64,000 nucleotides of DNA from a virus (IMGVR_UViG_2974597248_000001:49479-113478), one strand, 5' to 3'; shown: positions 27,198 through 36,290, numbered from the stretch's first letter. The notes: generated by a model not told the origin, from the letters alone. A program made the numbers and translations.

Positions 27198-27899
27198 ATG
27201 AAAGTAAAACCATTTGGTATGCTAGATATTGAATCTCTAGGAACTCCAGGGGATTGTGGTACTACTCATATCGCAATGCCTTCTTTCGCTTTTGTGGCTA
27301 TGCATGGAATTGATAAAGACCCTGATCTAGTATTTGTTACTTTGGATGTACAAGATCAGCTTAACTCTGGTGCTAAAGTTACAGCATCTACTCTAGCATT
27401 CTGGATGGATCAAGCTAAAGACAGCCCGTCTGCTATCCACATTATGCAAGCTATGAACGAGCGTAATCCAAAGCTGATTGCATTCCAAAACGGTAAACAT
27501 CATTGTACTAATAAACTCGGCTCTAACTATGCTGCCTACTCTATGGCTCAAAATATTATGGAGTTGGCTCTAGGCGATAATGCTTTGTATTATGGCAATG
27601 GCCCAGAGTTTGATATGACTATCTACTCTGCAAACACTTTCCATGCTGGAACCAATGAAGAGGTAGTTCCGTGGAAATTCTGGAATTTGGGCAATGTTCG
27701 ATCTCTTCGTAATCTCTGGATGCAGGCTGGCTATAGTTATAAAGATCTAGAAGCCGAAGGTATTAGCTGGGCAACCGCTAAAATGGAGAAAATGGACACT
27801 ATTCGTTATGGGGTCTATCCGGTTAAGCATGATCCAGCATTCGATGCCTTAGTTGAGAGCTATTGTGTTGCAGCTATGATCGAAAAAATGAAAATTTGA
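27198..27899 (+). CDS. putative DEDD-type 3'-5' exonuclease
   Basis: N-terminal Exo I-like motif (FGMLDIESLGT) and a C-terminal Y...D. Weak assignment. Confidence 0.35.
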   Translation: MKVKPFGMLDIESLGTPGDCGTTHIAMPSFAFVAMHGIDKDPDLVFVTLDVQDQLNSGAKVTASTLAFWMDQAKDSPSAIHIMQAMNERNPKLIAFQNGKHHCTNKLGSNYAAYSMAQNIMELALGDNALYYGNGPEFDMTIYSANTFHAGTNEEVVPWKFWNLGNVRSLRNLWMQAGYSYKDLEAEGISWATAKMEKMDTIRYGVYPVKHDPAFDALVESYCVAAMIEKMKI

Positions 27900-27900
27900 T

Positions 27901-27929
27901 TTGCTTCCGGCTCCAAAATTCTGTATAAT
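27901..27929 (+). promoter_or_regulatory. T5-early-type sigma70 promoter
   Basis: TTGCTT-17-TATAAT, followed by TTCATAAATTTGAGAAAAC. Confidence 0.6.
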
Positions 27930-27969
27930 ATATTCATAAATTTGAGAAAACAATAAAAGGAAAACAAAT

Positions 27970-28152
27970 ATGCCAGTATCTAAAAATGTTCGTAAAAATG
28001 GTAAGAAAGCTACTCGTAACCTGGGTATCCGTCGTATGGCTGAACGTCAATCAGGTGTCCAGAAAATCTTTGATCTGCTAAATCGTGCTAATCCTAAAAT
28101 TGATAACAGTAACGATACTGTTCTGCGCACTCTGCTGGCAATTGGTCTGTAA
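27970..28152 (+). CDS. small basic hypothetical protein
   Basis: 60 aa; promoter at 27901-27929. Confidence 0.45.
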   Translation: MPVSKNVRKNGKKATRNLGIRRMAERQSGVQKIFDLLNRANPKIDNSNDTVLRTLLAIGL

Positions 28153-28205
28153 TAGACCAAATTTAAACAAATTCAAATCTCAAACTTCATATAAGGAAGC
28201 AAATA

Positions 28206-28844
28206 ATGACTACTCGTATCTCTAAAACTCGCGCTCTGGCAACTATCAAATCTCTGGAAGCTAAAATCCGTAAAGCTACTGAACAGCAGCTTCTGATCGC
28301 TGTTGGCGAAGGTAAGGATAAAAACCAGGTTGTAGTTGGCGCTGCAATCGAAGTAGCTGATTTGTCTACTCGTATTAAGGCAGATTTCCAATCTCTCCTG
28401 GATATGATGTCCCAGCGTGATCGTATCAAAGCTGCTCTGATTAAAAGCAATGCGGAAACAGTCGTTGAGATTGGCTCTCGTAAGATGACTGTTGCGGAAG
28501 CAATTGAAGCTAAGCGTTCTATGGAACTTAAAGCTCAACTGCTGGCTAACATGCGTAAGCAGTTCCATGCCGCTACGGTTAAGTTTAATACGCAGAAAGC
28601 ACAGTTTGATGCTAAATATGAGCGTTTGCAGGATAGCATGGCTACCCGCGATAAGAAAACTTCCGAAGATGAAGTTAAAATGCAGCTCAACCTGCTGGAA
28701 CTCAAGAATACTCCATTCTTGATTGATCCGCTGGAACTGGAAAAGCTGATTAAGCAGCATGACGAGGAATATCAGGACTTTGCAACAAATGTTGACTTTG
28801 TTCTGTCCGAGTCTAACGCCTCTACCTTCATTGAAGTAGAGTAA
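28206..28844 (+). CDS. hypothetical coiled-coil protein
   Basis: 212 aa. Confidence 0.55.
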   Translation: MTTRISKTRALATIKSLEAKIRKATEQQLLIAVGEGKDKNQVVVGAAIEVADLSTRIKADFQSLLDMMSQRDRIKAALIKSNAETVVEIGSRKMTVAEAIEAKRSMELKAQLLANMRKQFHAATVKFNTQKAQFDAKYERLQDSMATRDKKTSEDEVKMQLNLLELKNTPFLIDPLELEKLIKQHDEEYQDFATNVDFVLSESNASTFIEVE

Positions 28845-29227
28845 TAATTTAAAAGCTAGTAAATCGGTAGACGAAAGCCCAAGCATCTTACCTCGCAGCA
28901 GCGGTTGAAATACGAGGTTAAATAGGACCGCTGACCATACTATAAAGTATAATCTATTGGAGATTATGTTTATTACACCAGCCTCTTAAGCTGACACGTA
29001 AGAACAAAGCGTCGTTGATATTACCGACACAACTTCAAAGATCAACATTTAAGTATGAAAGCTGAAAAGTTTAAAGAACTCAAACTTCTAAACTTCTAAA
29101 GCTAAAAGATGCAAAGTATTCGTTGATGATTCAAACCCTAGATCAAAGGTACATGGCTCATAAGATATGGCCTGTGGCGCCTCTAGGCTGTTTATCGGTT
29201 TACTAGTTTCACAATTTAAAAATGTAT

Positions 29228-29256
29228 TTGCTAATTTACTAAGTTATCTGTATAAT
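29228..29256 (+). promoter_or_regulatory. T5-early-type sigma70 promoter
   Basis: TTGCTA-17-TATAAT. Confidence 0.6.
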
Positions 29257-29286
29257 ATATTTTTAAATTGATGAAACGAGGCTATT

Positions 29287-29604
29287 ATGACTTTTCATAT
29301 TTTGATTGATGATGTGCGTAATCTTCACGGAATGGACATTATCATTCGAACCCCAGAAGCCGCTGTAGAGTTTCTGAATAAAACTGATACCACAGGCCAT
29401 TTCGTTTATATGGATAATGACTTGGCTGTAGATGGTATGGAAGGTTATCAAATTCTTCGTTTACTCTTAGAATTTGGGCAGAGACCAAAGAAAGTGGTAC
29501 TAGTAACCTCGAACCCAGTAGCTAAGCAAAATATGCGTAATGATTTGCTTGACTTAGGGTATAAAGAAAATCCCAATCGTGTTGAATATGATTGGCAGGA
29601 GTAA
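29287..29604 (+). CDS. stand-alone CheY-like receiver (REC) domain protein
   Basis: DD pair at residues 8-9, YMDNDL (phospho-Asp position), VVLVTS (Thr/Ser position) and a later Lys are spaced as in receiver domains. Weak assignment. Confidence 0.4.
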   Translation: MTFHILIDDVRNLHGMDIIIRTPEAAVEFLNKTDTTGHFVYMDNDLAVDGMEGYQILRLLLEFGQRPKKVVLVTSNPVAKQNMRNDLLDLGYKENPNRVEYDWQE

Positions 29605-29609
29605 AAAGA

Positions 29610-30059
29610 ATGAAGGCAGCTTTGCTTTTAGTAGCTGCCCTTACCTTCAGCTTTAGTAGTCAGGCATCGCACGATGCAAAAGAAATAGATTGCATTGCTA
29701 AAAATATCTATTTCGAAAGTCGTGGTGAGGGCATAAAGGGAATGACGGCGATTGCACATGTTACTAAAAACCGTGTAAACTCCGGTAAATTCCCAGATTC
29801 CTACTGTAAAGTAGTATATCAGTCTAACCAGTTCTCTTGGGTATCTAAGAGACCAAAAGTTGATAAAACTGATGAGGCTTGGCAAACCGCTAAGAATTTA
29901 GCTAGAGTGATATACTACGTTGATTTACCACAAGATCCTACATATGGAGCACTATACTTCCACAGTGGTAAAGATAAACCTTACTGGACAAAGAAGTTTA
30001 AGAAAACAACTAAGATTAAGGGACATACATTCTATAAACCTGTTGTCACTAAAACTTAA
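29610..30059 (+). CDS. secreted cell-wall hydrolase, SleB/CwlJ (Hydrolase_2) family
   Basis: Signal peptide MKAALLLVAALTFSFSSQA followed by IDCIAKNIYFESRGE...VTKNRV...YCKVVYQSNQFSWV. Confidence 0.7.
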   Translation: MKAALLLVAALTFSFSSQASHDAKEIDCIAKNIYFESRGEGIKGMTAIAHVTKNRVNSGKFPDSYCKVVYQSNQFSWVSKRPKVDKTDEAWQTAKNLARVIYYVDLPQDPTYGALYFHSGKDKPYWTKKFKKTTKIKGHTFYKPVVTKT

Positions 30060-30067
30060 AAATTTAC

Positions 30068-30096
30068 TTGCTTAAATACTTAAATTTCCGTATAAT
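30068..30096 (+). promoter_or_regulatory. T5-early-type sigma70 promoter
   Basis: TTGCTT-17-TATAAT. Confidence 0.6.
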
Positions 30097-30127
30097 ACTT
30101 CCATAAACTAATGAGAGGAAGCGAAAT

Positions 30128-30298
30128 ATGAAATCAGTTGTAATTATTGGTGTTAACACTCGCGGTATTCGTACTACGAAAACTGTTAAAACATCTAACG
30201 TGGCTGAAATTACTACTAACCCTAAAAAGTTTGATTTCGCCAAAGTCTCAGCAGTTATGACAGAACAATCTTTTAACCAAGCGTTAGGAATGAAATAA
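30128..30298 (+). CDS. small hypothetical protein
   Basis: 56 aa; promoter at 30068-30096. Confidence 0.4.
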   Translation: MKSVVIIGVNTRGIRTTKTVKTSNVAEITTNPKKFDFAKVSAVMTEQSFNQALGMK

Positions 30299-30741
30299 TG
30301 GAAGAGAATATTTTAGATGTTTTGCGTAGAGCTTTGCAGGATTCTAAGTTTAATGGTTCTGATAAAGAAGTCGCTAAAAGCTATCAGACCATAATCGGGG
30401 ATCTTCAGCGTATTGATAAAGATTTCATCACTTCTGAACAATTTGTGTCTTATCTCAAAGCTCAACTAAAAAGCATTAACCAGATGAAAGCTAAACTTCA
30501 TGGTCAAGATCTTGATAGTTATAGCTTGCAGTCTGCTCAGTATGAATACATTCTAAATAAGTGGTTGCAGGAGTATCTGCCCCCTCAGTTATCTGATACT
30601 GAGATTCGTAAATACTTTGCAGAATTAGTTAAGCTAAACCCTGGAATTACAAAAGGTATGCTGATGAAAGCGATTAAGGAAGAATTTCCTGGTCGTTATG
30701 ATGGTGGTACTGCTGCTCAGATTGCTGGCGAATTTAATTAA
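30298..30741 (+). CDS. GatB/YqeY-domain protein
   Basis: C-terminal YqeY-like region (KGMLMKAIKEEFPGRYDGGTAAQIAGEF). Confidence 0.6.
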   Translation: MEENILDVLRRALQDSKFNGSDKEVAKSYQTIIGDLQRIDKDFITSEQFVSYLKAQLKSINQMKAKLHGQDLDSYSLQSAQYEYILNKWLQEYLPPQLSDTEIRKYFAELVKLNPGITKGMLMKAIKEEFPGRYDGGTAAQIAGEFN

Positions 30742-30749
30742 AAATTTAT

Positions 30750-30778
30750 TTGCTAAATGCCTTTAAATTCTGTATAAT
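30750..30778 (+). promoter_or_regulatory. T5-early-type sigma70 promoter at the head of the tRNA region
   Basis: TTGCTA-17-TATAAT, followed by TTCATAAATTAGAGAG. Confidence 0.6.
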
Positions 30779-31428
30779 ATATTCATAAATTAGAGAGTAA
30801 TTCCTATCTAATTTATAAACAGTGGGGTGTGGAAATCACTTATGTAGTAACACTGCCGTCCTAGTATAATTGGTATTATCAAGCCGTAACTGGTGGAAGA
30901 TGTAGGTTCGAATCCTACGGTCGGTAAGAACTGGATAACTGGTGCTTTTAACGTAAAAGCTTCCGAGGTTAGTTGCGCACTGCCTAAACCACGCGGTAGT
31001 TGGTTCCAGACTAACCAACCAGTCTGCTGAATAGTTTTATTACGATTTAACTATGTCCAGGCTAAAGAAGAACTTTAGAAGGTATTCTAGGATAGTGAAG
31101 TTCTTTCTCCATATCGGAGTAGTTTTTCAAGCTATCCACAAAGTGGGAAATGCTGACATGAGAGATGTCACTAATGGTGCACAATAGCACAGGTAATTCG
31201 CGATAACTCCTGTTGAGTAGCAGCAAAAGGTGGGAAGTCATGACCCCAAGCCTAACCGAGTCCTCAATATACCGCAGGACATAACCACTAAGTCACCCTG
31301 ACTTAAACTGGAAAATAATAGACGTTACCGTATTTTGTCTTGAAATACTTAATGAGTGAGACTTATGACTCTCCCGGTATCGTCTGTATTTTTAAGAGTT
31401 TTTACGAGAGTTCTTAAAAATACTTAAA

Positions 31429-31503
31429 CGGGGTGTAGTCTAAGGGAGAGGCAGGAGTCTTCTAAATTCCTTTATGCAGGTTCGAATCCTGTCACCTCGG
31501 CCA
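31429..31503 (+). tRNA. tRNA-Arg (anticodon TCT)
   Basis: Hand fold: acceptor CGGGGTG/CACCTCG, anticodon stem GGAGT/ATTCC around loop CTTCTAA, T arm GCAGG-TTCGAAT-CCTGT, CCA encoded. Confidence 0.55.
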
Positions 31504-31537
31504 ATTTTATTAACTGTAACTAAAACAAAGGAAATAT

Positions 31538-32485
31538 ATGTTTAATACTAAAAATATGAAAGAACTGACTTCTGAGCAGAAAGTAATTCGTACTATTAAA
31601 CGTTGGGGTATTGGTGCTGTAGTTGGTTTAGCAGGCTTGATTCTAGCCTTTAATTCATATACTATTGTTTCTGATGGTACGGTTAAAACCCAAACATTCC
31701 TGGGTAAAGTAGACCCTAATCCAGTATTGCCTGGTTTCCATCTTGTAAACCCGTTTGCATCTTTCGATACTTTTAGTACAAAAGATATTGCTGTAAAGTT
31801 AGATAAACTTCAGGTTCCTAGCCAGGATAAGTTTAAATCCACTGTTGACCTGACTGTTATGTTGCAGTTTGATGGTTCTAAGGCACCGATTAACCGTATT
31901 AACGCAGGTACTCAGGATCAAGCGTTAGACAAATATGTAACTGAAAAATTACTATCTACTATTCGTGAGTTTGGTAAGTCTGTACCTAAAGCACAAGATT
32001 TGTTTGATGCTAAAATTCAGGCTCAATTGCAAACTGCAATTCAACAGGAAGTTGAAGAGTACGCACGCCCATATGGTTACACAGTTAAGCAGGTATTCCT
32101 TCAGGATATTACTCTGCCACCAGTAATCATGGAACAGGTACAGAATACCAAAGTTCGTGAAGAGCAAGTTAATGCTGCAAAAGCTGAGTTGGCTCGTGTT
32201 GAACAAGAAGCGCAGCAAAAAGTTAAACAGGCAGAAGCAGACCGTGAAGCCCGTAATAACCAAGCTATTGCTAACGAACGTGATGCAGATGCTAAACTGT
32301 ATGCAGCTAAGAAAGAAGCTGAAGCTAACGCCGCACTGCAACGTACCATTACTCCTGAGATGATTCGTTGGAAACAACTGGAAGTCGAAATGATTCGTGC
32401 TCAGAAGTATCAAGGTGGTGTACCTCAGACTGTGGTTGGCACTGGCTATGATGGCCAAATGATTATGGATATGCGTAATAAGTAA
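31538..32485 (+). CDS. SPFH / band-7 (prohibitin-like) membrane protein
   Basis: N-terminal TM segment, then TIVSDGTVKTQTFLGKV...PGFHLVNPF and a long Ala/Glu-rich coiled-coil tail. Confidence 0.7.
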   Translation: MFNTKNMKELTSEQKVIRTIKRWGIGAVVGLAGLILAFNSYTIVSDGTVKTQTFLGKVDPNPVLPGFHLVNPFASFDTFSTKDIAVKLDKLQVPSQDKFKSTVDLTVMLQFDGSKAPINRINAGTQDQALDKYVTEKLLSTIREFGKSVPKAQDLFDAKIQAQLQTAIQQEVEEYARPYGYTVKQVFLQDITLPPVIMEQVQNTKVREEQVNAAKAELARVEQEAQQKVKQAEADREARNNQAIANERDADAKLYAAKKEAEANAALQRTITPEMIRWKQLEVEMIRAQKYQGGVPQTVVGTGYDGQMIMDMRNK

Positions 32486-32510
32486 TAGTTACACGTAATC
32501 TTCGAACCAA

Positions 32511-32543
32511 GCCCGCGTATCCTCCGAGAGCGCGGGCTTTTCT
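32511..32543 (+). terminator. rho-independent terminator after the SPFH gene
   Basis: GCCCGCG...CGCGGGC followed by TTTTCT. Confidence 0.65.
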
Positions 32544-32580
32544 ATATAATGCATTTGTAAAGCTAACTAGGAGATTAAAC

Positions 32581-33099
32581 ATGGGTGTTGATGAGTTAAC
32601 ACAGCATCTTCTATCTAGAGGATTTGATACAGAAAAATACCATTGCTGGTTAAGCCCAGAAGGTTGGTTGACAGTCCCATTGTATGACTTCTCCGGGATG
32701 TTGAGAGGCTATCAGACGTATAATCCTTCTGCTCCAAAAGGTCATGGTAAGTGCCCCTCTGAGGCTAAATATTTTACCTATTCTAATACACAGTGTGTAT
32801 GGGGACTAGAAACTCTCAATGGAGATGAAAAAGTAGTATTGATCGCTGAATCTGTGTTTAAGGCAGTTGCGTTACATAACGCTGGTTATCCAGCTCTAGC
32901 AATGTTGGGTTCTTCTCCGGGAAAAGCGTTATTAAAGCAACTGAAATTATTACCTTTTAAATTGGTAGCTGTCGGGGATAATGATCCTGCGGGTGAAAAA
33001 TTTGCTAGAAAATTAAACGGCTTTGTTTCTCCCGTAGATGTGGATGAGATGTCTACCGAAAACTTGAAAAATTTTCTTGCTATGAAGCTAAATTTCTAA
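32581..33099 (+). CDS. Toprim-domain-like protein
   Basis: VLIAESVFKAV...VAVGDNDPAGEKFARKL (E...DxD...G). Weak assignment. Confidence 0.4.
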   Translation: MGVDELTQHLLSRGFDTEKYHCWLSPEGWLTVPLYDFSGMLRGYQTYNPSAPKGHGKCPSEAKYFTYSNTQCVWGLETLNGDEKVVLIAESVFKAVALHNAGYPALAMLGSSPGKALLKQLKLLPFKLVAVGDNDPAGEKFARKLNGFVSPVDVDEMSTENLKNFLAMKLNF

Positions 33100-33105
33100 T
33101 ATAAT
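33077..33105 (+). promoter_or_regulatory. T5-early-type sigma70 promoter abutting tRNA-Ser
   Basis: TTGCTA-17-TATAAT. The conserved downstream element TTATAAATTCGGAAG runs into tRNA nucleotide 1. Confidence 0.6.
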
Positions 33106-33120
33106 ATATCTTATAAATTC

Positions 33121-33209
33121 GGAAGAATAGCATAATGGTATTGCAGCAGATTGCTAATCTGTCGGTTTGAAATATAGCCTTGTGGGTTCGATTCCCACTT
33201 CTTCCGCCA
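33121..33209 (+). tRNA. tRNA-Ser (GCT), class II
   Basis: Acceptor GGAAGAA/TTCTTCC, anticodon stem GCAGA/TCTGT around loop TTGCTAA, long variable arm, T arm GTGGG-TTCGATT-CCCAC, CCA. Confidence 0.65.
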
Positions 33210-33215
33210 AATTCT

Positions 33216-33293
33216 GGTTCTCAAGCTCATATGGTATGAGCACCCGGCTCATAACCGGAAGGTACGTAGGTTCGAATCCTCGGGGAGCCACCA
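33216..33293 (+). tRNA. tRNA (anticodon CAT; Met/fMet/Ile-lysidine type) with a weak T stem
   Basis: Acceptor GGTTCTC/GGGAGCC (includes G-U pairs), D stem GCTC/GAGC, anticodon stem CCCGG/CCGG around loop CTCATAA. The T stem has only 3 pairs. Confidence 0.45.
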
Positions 33294-33507
33294 ATTAAAT
33301 AGAGGTCACAAATGGATCTATATATAGTTTATGTTATGTTTATCCAAGATAGAGAATACCCGGATGAATATAAAAAAGGATATAGGTTAGCCAGAGCTAC
33401 TTCCGAAGCCCAAGCTATGGATAAAGTGGCGGATTATATGATTACGGTAGAAAACGTACACTATATCGACTACCTTGAAGCCTCAAAAGTAATTGACTAA
33501 ACTACAC

Positions 33508-33584
33508 GGGGGTGTAATCGAATTGGCATAGGTACTGGACTTAAAATTCAGGTTTTGTGGGTTCGAATCCCACCACCCCTACCA
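33508..33584 (+). tRNA. tRNA-like (anticodon TAA by position, short variable loop, poor D stem)
   Basis: Acceptor GGGGGTG/CACCCCT, anticodon stem CTGGA/TTCAG around loop CTTAAAA, T arm GTGGG-TTCGAAT-CCCAC, CCA. Confidence 0.4.
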
Positions 33585-33759
33585 AATTAAGGAAATAAGA
33601 TGTATAGACATCCACCTCCGCCAACACGTCGTTCTAGAGAAGTTATCCTCATGGAATTGACTAAAAACTTCAAGGCAACTCTTGAAGACAGAGATCTAGG
33701 CACGGATGAAGACATTGATTTTATTTGTAGACTACTAAAGATGAAACTGGAGAAACAAC

Positions 33760-33966
33760 ATGGCTAATCCTGAAATCACCGCACAACGTTTCATGCTTAA
33801 AGGCATGATTGCTGAAGCAGGTATGACTCAAGAGGTTGCAGACTTTCATAAGCAATTTCTTGATATTATAACTCTAGCTAAAGAGACTGGAGAAAAAGAG
33901 CACGCAGCAGCAATTATGGCTATATCTCTTATTAGTCTAGACTTGGCTGAAGAATCTGGAGTTTAG
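33760..33966 (+). CDS. hypothetical protein
   Basis: 68 aa. Confidence 0.45.
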   Translation: MANPEITAQRFMLKGMIAEAGMTQEVADFHKQFLDIITLAKETGEKEHAAAIMAISLISLDLAEESGV

Positions 33967-33996
33967 CTCCTCCAAACAGAATTTTTAAAAATGTAC

Positions 33997-34026
33997 TTGC
34001 CTTTTGCTTTAAATTTCTGATATAAT
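33997..34026 (+). promoter_or_regulatory. T5-early-type sigma70 promoter
   Basis: TTGCCT-18-TATAAT. Confidence 0.5.
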
Positions 34027-34056
34027 AGTTATATAAATTGATGAAGGAGTTAACGA

Positions 34057-34332
34057 ATGCAAAATCGTGTTGTAGCAACTGGTATTGAAAGTGCAATCTG
34101 TAAATCCTGGGAAGGCTGGGAAGGCGAGATTGAGTGGCTTTATTTCTATGATGTAGAACTTCTGCCGGAAGTTAAAGCTAAATGTGTTGAAGCTGGCATG
34201 GCTCCAGATGCAAAAGCCGATATTGATATTTCAATGTCTGAACTTAAAGGTCGTGTAATTACTGTTAGTGATGAGGGCGAAGAAGTTTTCGAACTTCCAT
34301 TCTCCTTAACTGTCGCTCCTAAGTTCGACTAA
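34057..34332 (+). CDS. hypothetical protein
   Basis: 91 aa; promoter at 33997-34026. Confidence 0.5.
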   Translation: MQNRVVATGIESAICKSWEGWEGEIEWLYFYDVELLPEVKAKCVEAGMAPDAKADIDISMSELKGRVITVSDEGEEVFELPFSLTVAPKFD

Positions 34333-34368
34333 CTAATACAGCACTGAGCAAGTTCTTTAAAATTTGAC

Positions 34369-34397
34369 TTGCTCAGTGCCATAAAACTTGATATAAT
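34369..34397 (+). promoter_or_regulatory. T5-early-type sigma70 promoter ahead of the Tyr-Glu-Trp-Phe tRNA group
   Basis: TTGCTC-17-TATAAT, followed by TTATCTAATTCGGAAAC. Confidence 0.55.
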
Positions 34398-34465
34398 AGT
34401 TATCTAATTCGGAAACATATTTAAAAGTGTTTAAAGGAGAATTTTTTTTGAATACTTCTAAATAT

Positions 34466-34553
34466 GGGGAAATATTCTGTAAGTGGTAGCAGAGCTGACT
34501 GTAAATTAGTTGTCATTGCGACTCGGGTGGTTCGACTCCATCTTTCCCCACCA
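34466..34553 (+). tRNA. tRNA-Tyr (GTA), class II
   Basis: Acceptor GGGGAAA/TTTCCCC, anticodon stem GCTGA/TTAGT around loop CTGTAAA, long variable arm, CCA. Confidence 0.55.
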
Positions 34554-34560
34554 ATTTAAT

Positions 34561-34635
34561 GCACCTATCGTCTAGCGGTTAGGACACCACTCTTTCACAG
34601 TGGGAACACGAGTTCGATCCTCGTTGGGTGTGCCA
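34561..34635 (+). tRNA. tRNA-Glu (TTC)
   Basis: Acceptor GCACCTA/TGGGTGT, D stem GTCT/GGAC, anticodon stem CCACT/AGTGG around loop CTTTCAC, T arm ACGAG-TTCGATC-CTCGT, CCA. Confidence 0.65.
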
Positions 34636-34644
34636 ATTAATAAT

Positions 34645-34715
34645 TGGGGTACGCATAGGTTGCAAATGGGCCTCCAAAACCCATGAAAAGGTTTCGAATA
34701 CCTTTACCCCTGCCA
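34645..34715 (+). tRNA. tRNA-Trp (CCA), short form
   Basis: Acceptor TGGGGTA/TACCCCT (1-72 U-U mismatch), anticodon loop CTCCAAA, T arm AAGGT-TTCGAAT-ACCTT, CCA. Confidence 0.45.
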
Positions 34716-34721
34716 AAATTT

Positions 34722-34796
34722 GCACCTTTAGCTGAGATGGATTAGCGCTTGCCTGAAGAGCTTGAGAGGTTCGTTCGATACGAACAGGGTGCACCA
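34722..34796 (+). tRNA. tRNA-Phe (GAA) with two U-U mismatches in the anticodon stem
   Basis: Acceptor GCACCTT/AGGGTGC, D stem GCTG/TAGC, anticodon loop CTGAAGA, T arm GTTCG-TTCGATA-CGAAC, CCA. Confidence 0.45.
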
Positions 34797-34813
34797 AATT
34801 GAAGGAGATGCTG

Positions 34814-35086
34814 ATGCATCCTGAAAACTTCTTTATTTACTGCGCGGATAAGTCGCTGAAACGTAGAATTAACAAAGTCTATCGTTATCGTGCTAGTCAA
34901 CAGCCTTATGTATACGCTTTTGAAGGTGATCACATTCCATTAGAACAATTATCTTGTGATTACATGGTATTGAAGAACTTTGACGAGACAAAGATCTCAA
35001 GCGTTCACAATCGACAGAATCCATTAACGTGGAAGTATAAGAAGAAAAAGAAAGGCATCAAATTCTTAAAAAATGTAGTTGCTTAG
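34814..35086 (+). CDS. hypothetical protein
   Basis: An RBS (GAAGGAG) lies at 34801-34807. The ORF-track frame opens with a TTG at 34799. Confidence 0.45.
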   Translation: MHPENFFIYCADKSLKRRINKVYRYRASQQPYVYAFEGDHIPLEQLSCDYMVLKNFDETKISSVHNRQNPLTWKYKKKKKGIKFLKNVVA

Positions 35087-35107
35087 TTTCCAAAAGTTCT
35101 GTATAAT
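35079..35107 (+). promoter_or_regulatory. T5-early-type sigma70 promoter
   Basis: TTGCTT-17-TATAAT. Confidence 0.6.
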
Positions 35108-35135
35108 AATTACATAAATTGAACTGGAGAAGCAA

Positions 35136-35423
35136 ATGAAACGATTAGTTAGATTTAAGTGTTGTGGTTCTGAACATATTTTCACACACCTGCGTGAATT
35201 TAAAATGTGTGATTGTGGCAAATCATGCTATGACTCAGGGGATGGGTTCTATACCCGTACTCTAGGGAACTTCAATGATTTAGAATTTGAAGATCTCGAA
35301 AAACAAGAAAAAGAATTATGTATCTGTTATGAATGTGGTGATCAAGATTACTACGCTAAAACAGGTAAGAAAGTGTGTGGCGATTGTGGTTCCGACCATG
35401 TAGCTACACATTATGAAAGATAA
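35136..35423 (+). CDS. Cys-rich Zn-ribbon protein (four CxxC)
   Basis: CCGSEH..CDCGKSC...CYECGDQ...CGDCGSDH; promoter at 35079-35107. Confidence 0.5.
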   Translation: MKRLVRFKCCGSEHIFTHLREFKMCDCGKSCYDSGDGFYTRTLGNFNDLEFEDLEKQEKELCICYECGDQDYYAKTGKKVCGDCGSDHVATHYER

Positions 35424-35428
35424 TAAAT

Positions 35429-35504
35429 CGACCGTTGGCTGAATGGCTTAGGCGAAGGATTGCAAATCCTTTTTATGTGAGTTCAAATCTCATGCGGTCG
35501 TCCA
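35429..35504 (+). tRNA. tRNA-Cys (GCA)
   Basis: Acceptor CGACCGT/GCGGTCG, anticodon stem AAGGA/TCCTT around loop TTGCAAA, T arm GTGAG-TTCAAAT-CTCAT, CCA. Confidence 0.65.
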
Positions 35505-35656
35505 ATTTGCTGAAAGAATTGTTAAATCAATTCAGGCACGCGTAGGAACACTGTCTCCGTAATTGAAAGATGAGACACGGTTTGGAGAGGTATGCCGCTA
35601 CACGCTACGGTGCTAACTCCGTCTAGGTGAAAACCCTAGTCAGCAATACAAATTCA

Positions 35657-35739
35657 GGGTCGTTAGCCAAGCGGTTTGGCGGTGGACTGTTAATCCATGT
35701 CGAAAGACAACGTAGGTTCGAATCCTACACGGCCCGCCA
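35657..35739 (+). tRNA. tRNA with an Asn-type anticodon loop (CTGTTAA, GTT) but a 13-nt variable hairpin (class II shape)
   Basis: Acceptor GGGTCGT/ACGGCCC, anticodon stem GTGGA/TCCAT, variable arm GTCGAAAGACAAC, T arm GTAGG-TTCGAAT-CCTAC, CCA. Confidence 0.45.
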
Positions 35740-35841
35740 AATTCTGTGTAGAGTTAAGTAAACCGGTAGCCAACCATCTATCATTGCTGACATCGAATTC
35801 AGCCACAGATACCATTTTCATTAATAACTGAGGAAACAAGC

Positions 35842-36027
35842 ATGTCCAAGAATGTAATTGCACAGCTAGAAGTTCATCGTGATAACACAGCCAATAACAT
35901 TAAGTGCCGACAAAAAGATATTGAAGCTCAAAAGGATGATCTTTTAATGAGTATTCGAGAGCTTAATGTACGAAAAGAGTTTCTTAAAGAACTTAATGAA
36001 GCTATTGAAAAACTCAAAGCTGAGTAA
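35842..36027 (+). CDS. hypothetical protein
   Basis: 61 aa. Confidence 0.4.
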   Translation: MSKNVIAQLEVHRDNTANNIKCRQKDIEAQKDDLLMSIRELNVRKEFLKELNEAIEKLKAE

Positions 36028-36036
36028 ATGGATTAT

Positions 36037-36113
36037 GCGACCGGGGCTGGCTTGGTAATGGTACTCCCCTGTCACGGGAGAGAATGTGGGTTCGAATCCC
36101 ATCGGTCGCGCCA
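36037..36113 (+). tRNA. tRNA-Asp (GTC)
   Basis: Acceptor GCGACCG/CGGTCGC, anticodon stem CTCCC/GGGAG around loop CTGTCAC, T arm GTGGG-TTCGAAT-CCCAT, CCA. Confidence 0.65.
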
Positions 36114-36290
36114 AATAAGGTAGGTTAGCTATGGAACGTAGAGAGTTTACTCCAGAAGAGATAGAGCAGATAAAAGAATCCGCTATGAAAAATGCTAGAA
36201 TATCTCTGTCACTGGAAGGCATCATTATTAGTGATGTAAACTTTGAAAAAATCAAAGCCATAGCTGATGAACTGGAAAAAGTAATTTAAT

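Noticed and set aside
25987-28886. Antisense or alternate-frame ORFs (25987..26239-, 26358..26621-, 28173..28886-, 28187..28450-, 28492..28722+).
   Set aside because: They overlap better-supported same-strand genes that have promoters and RBSs; the translations are low-complexity.
30845-30926. Possible tRNA ending with T arm GTAGG-TTCGAAT-CCTAC.
   Set aside because: No 5' strand complementary to the 3' acceptor GGTCGGT could be found within 95 nt upstream, even allowing G-U pairs. I recorded it only as a tRNA-like T-arm fragment.
31952-32458. Minus-strand ORFs 31952..32458 and 32101..32349, and plus-strand 32157..32363.
   Set aside because: They are inside the SPFH gene. Ala/Ser/Cys-rich translations are typical of antisense reading of a coiled-coil region.
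34799-35086. ORF-track start at 34799.
   Set aside because: That codon is TTG placed directly on the RBS. The ATG at 34814, with 6-nt spacing from GAAGGAG, is more plausible.
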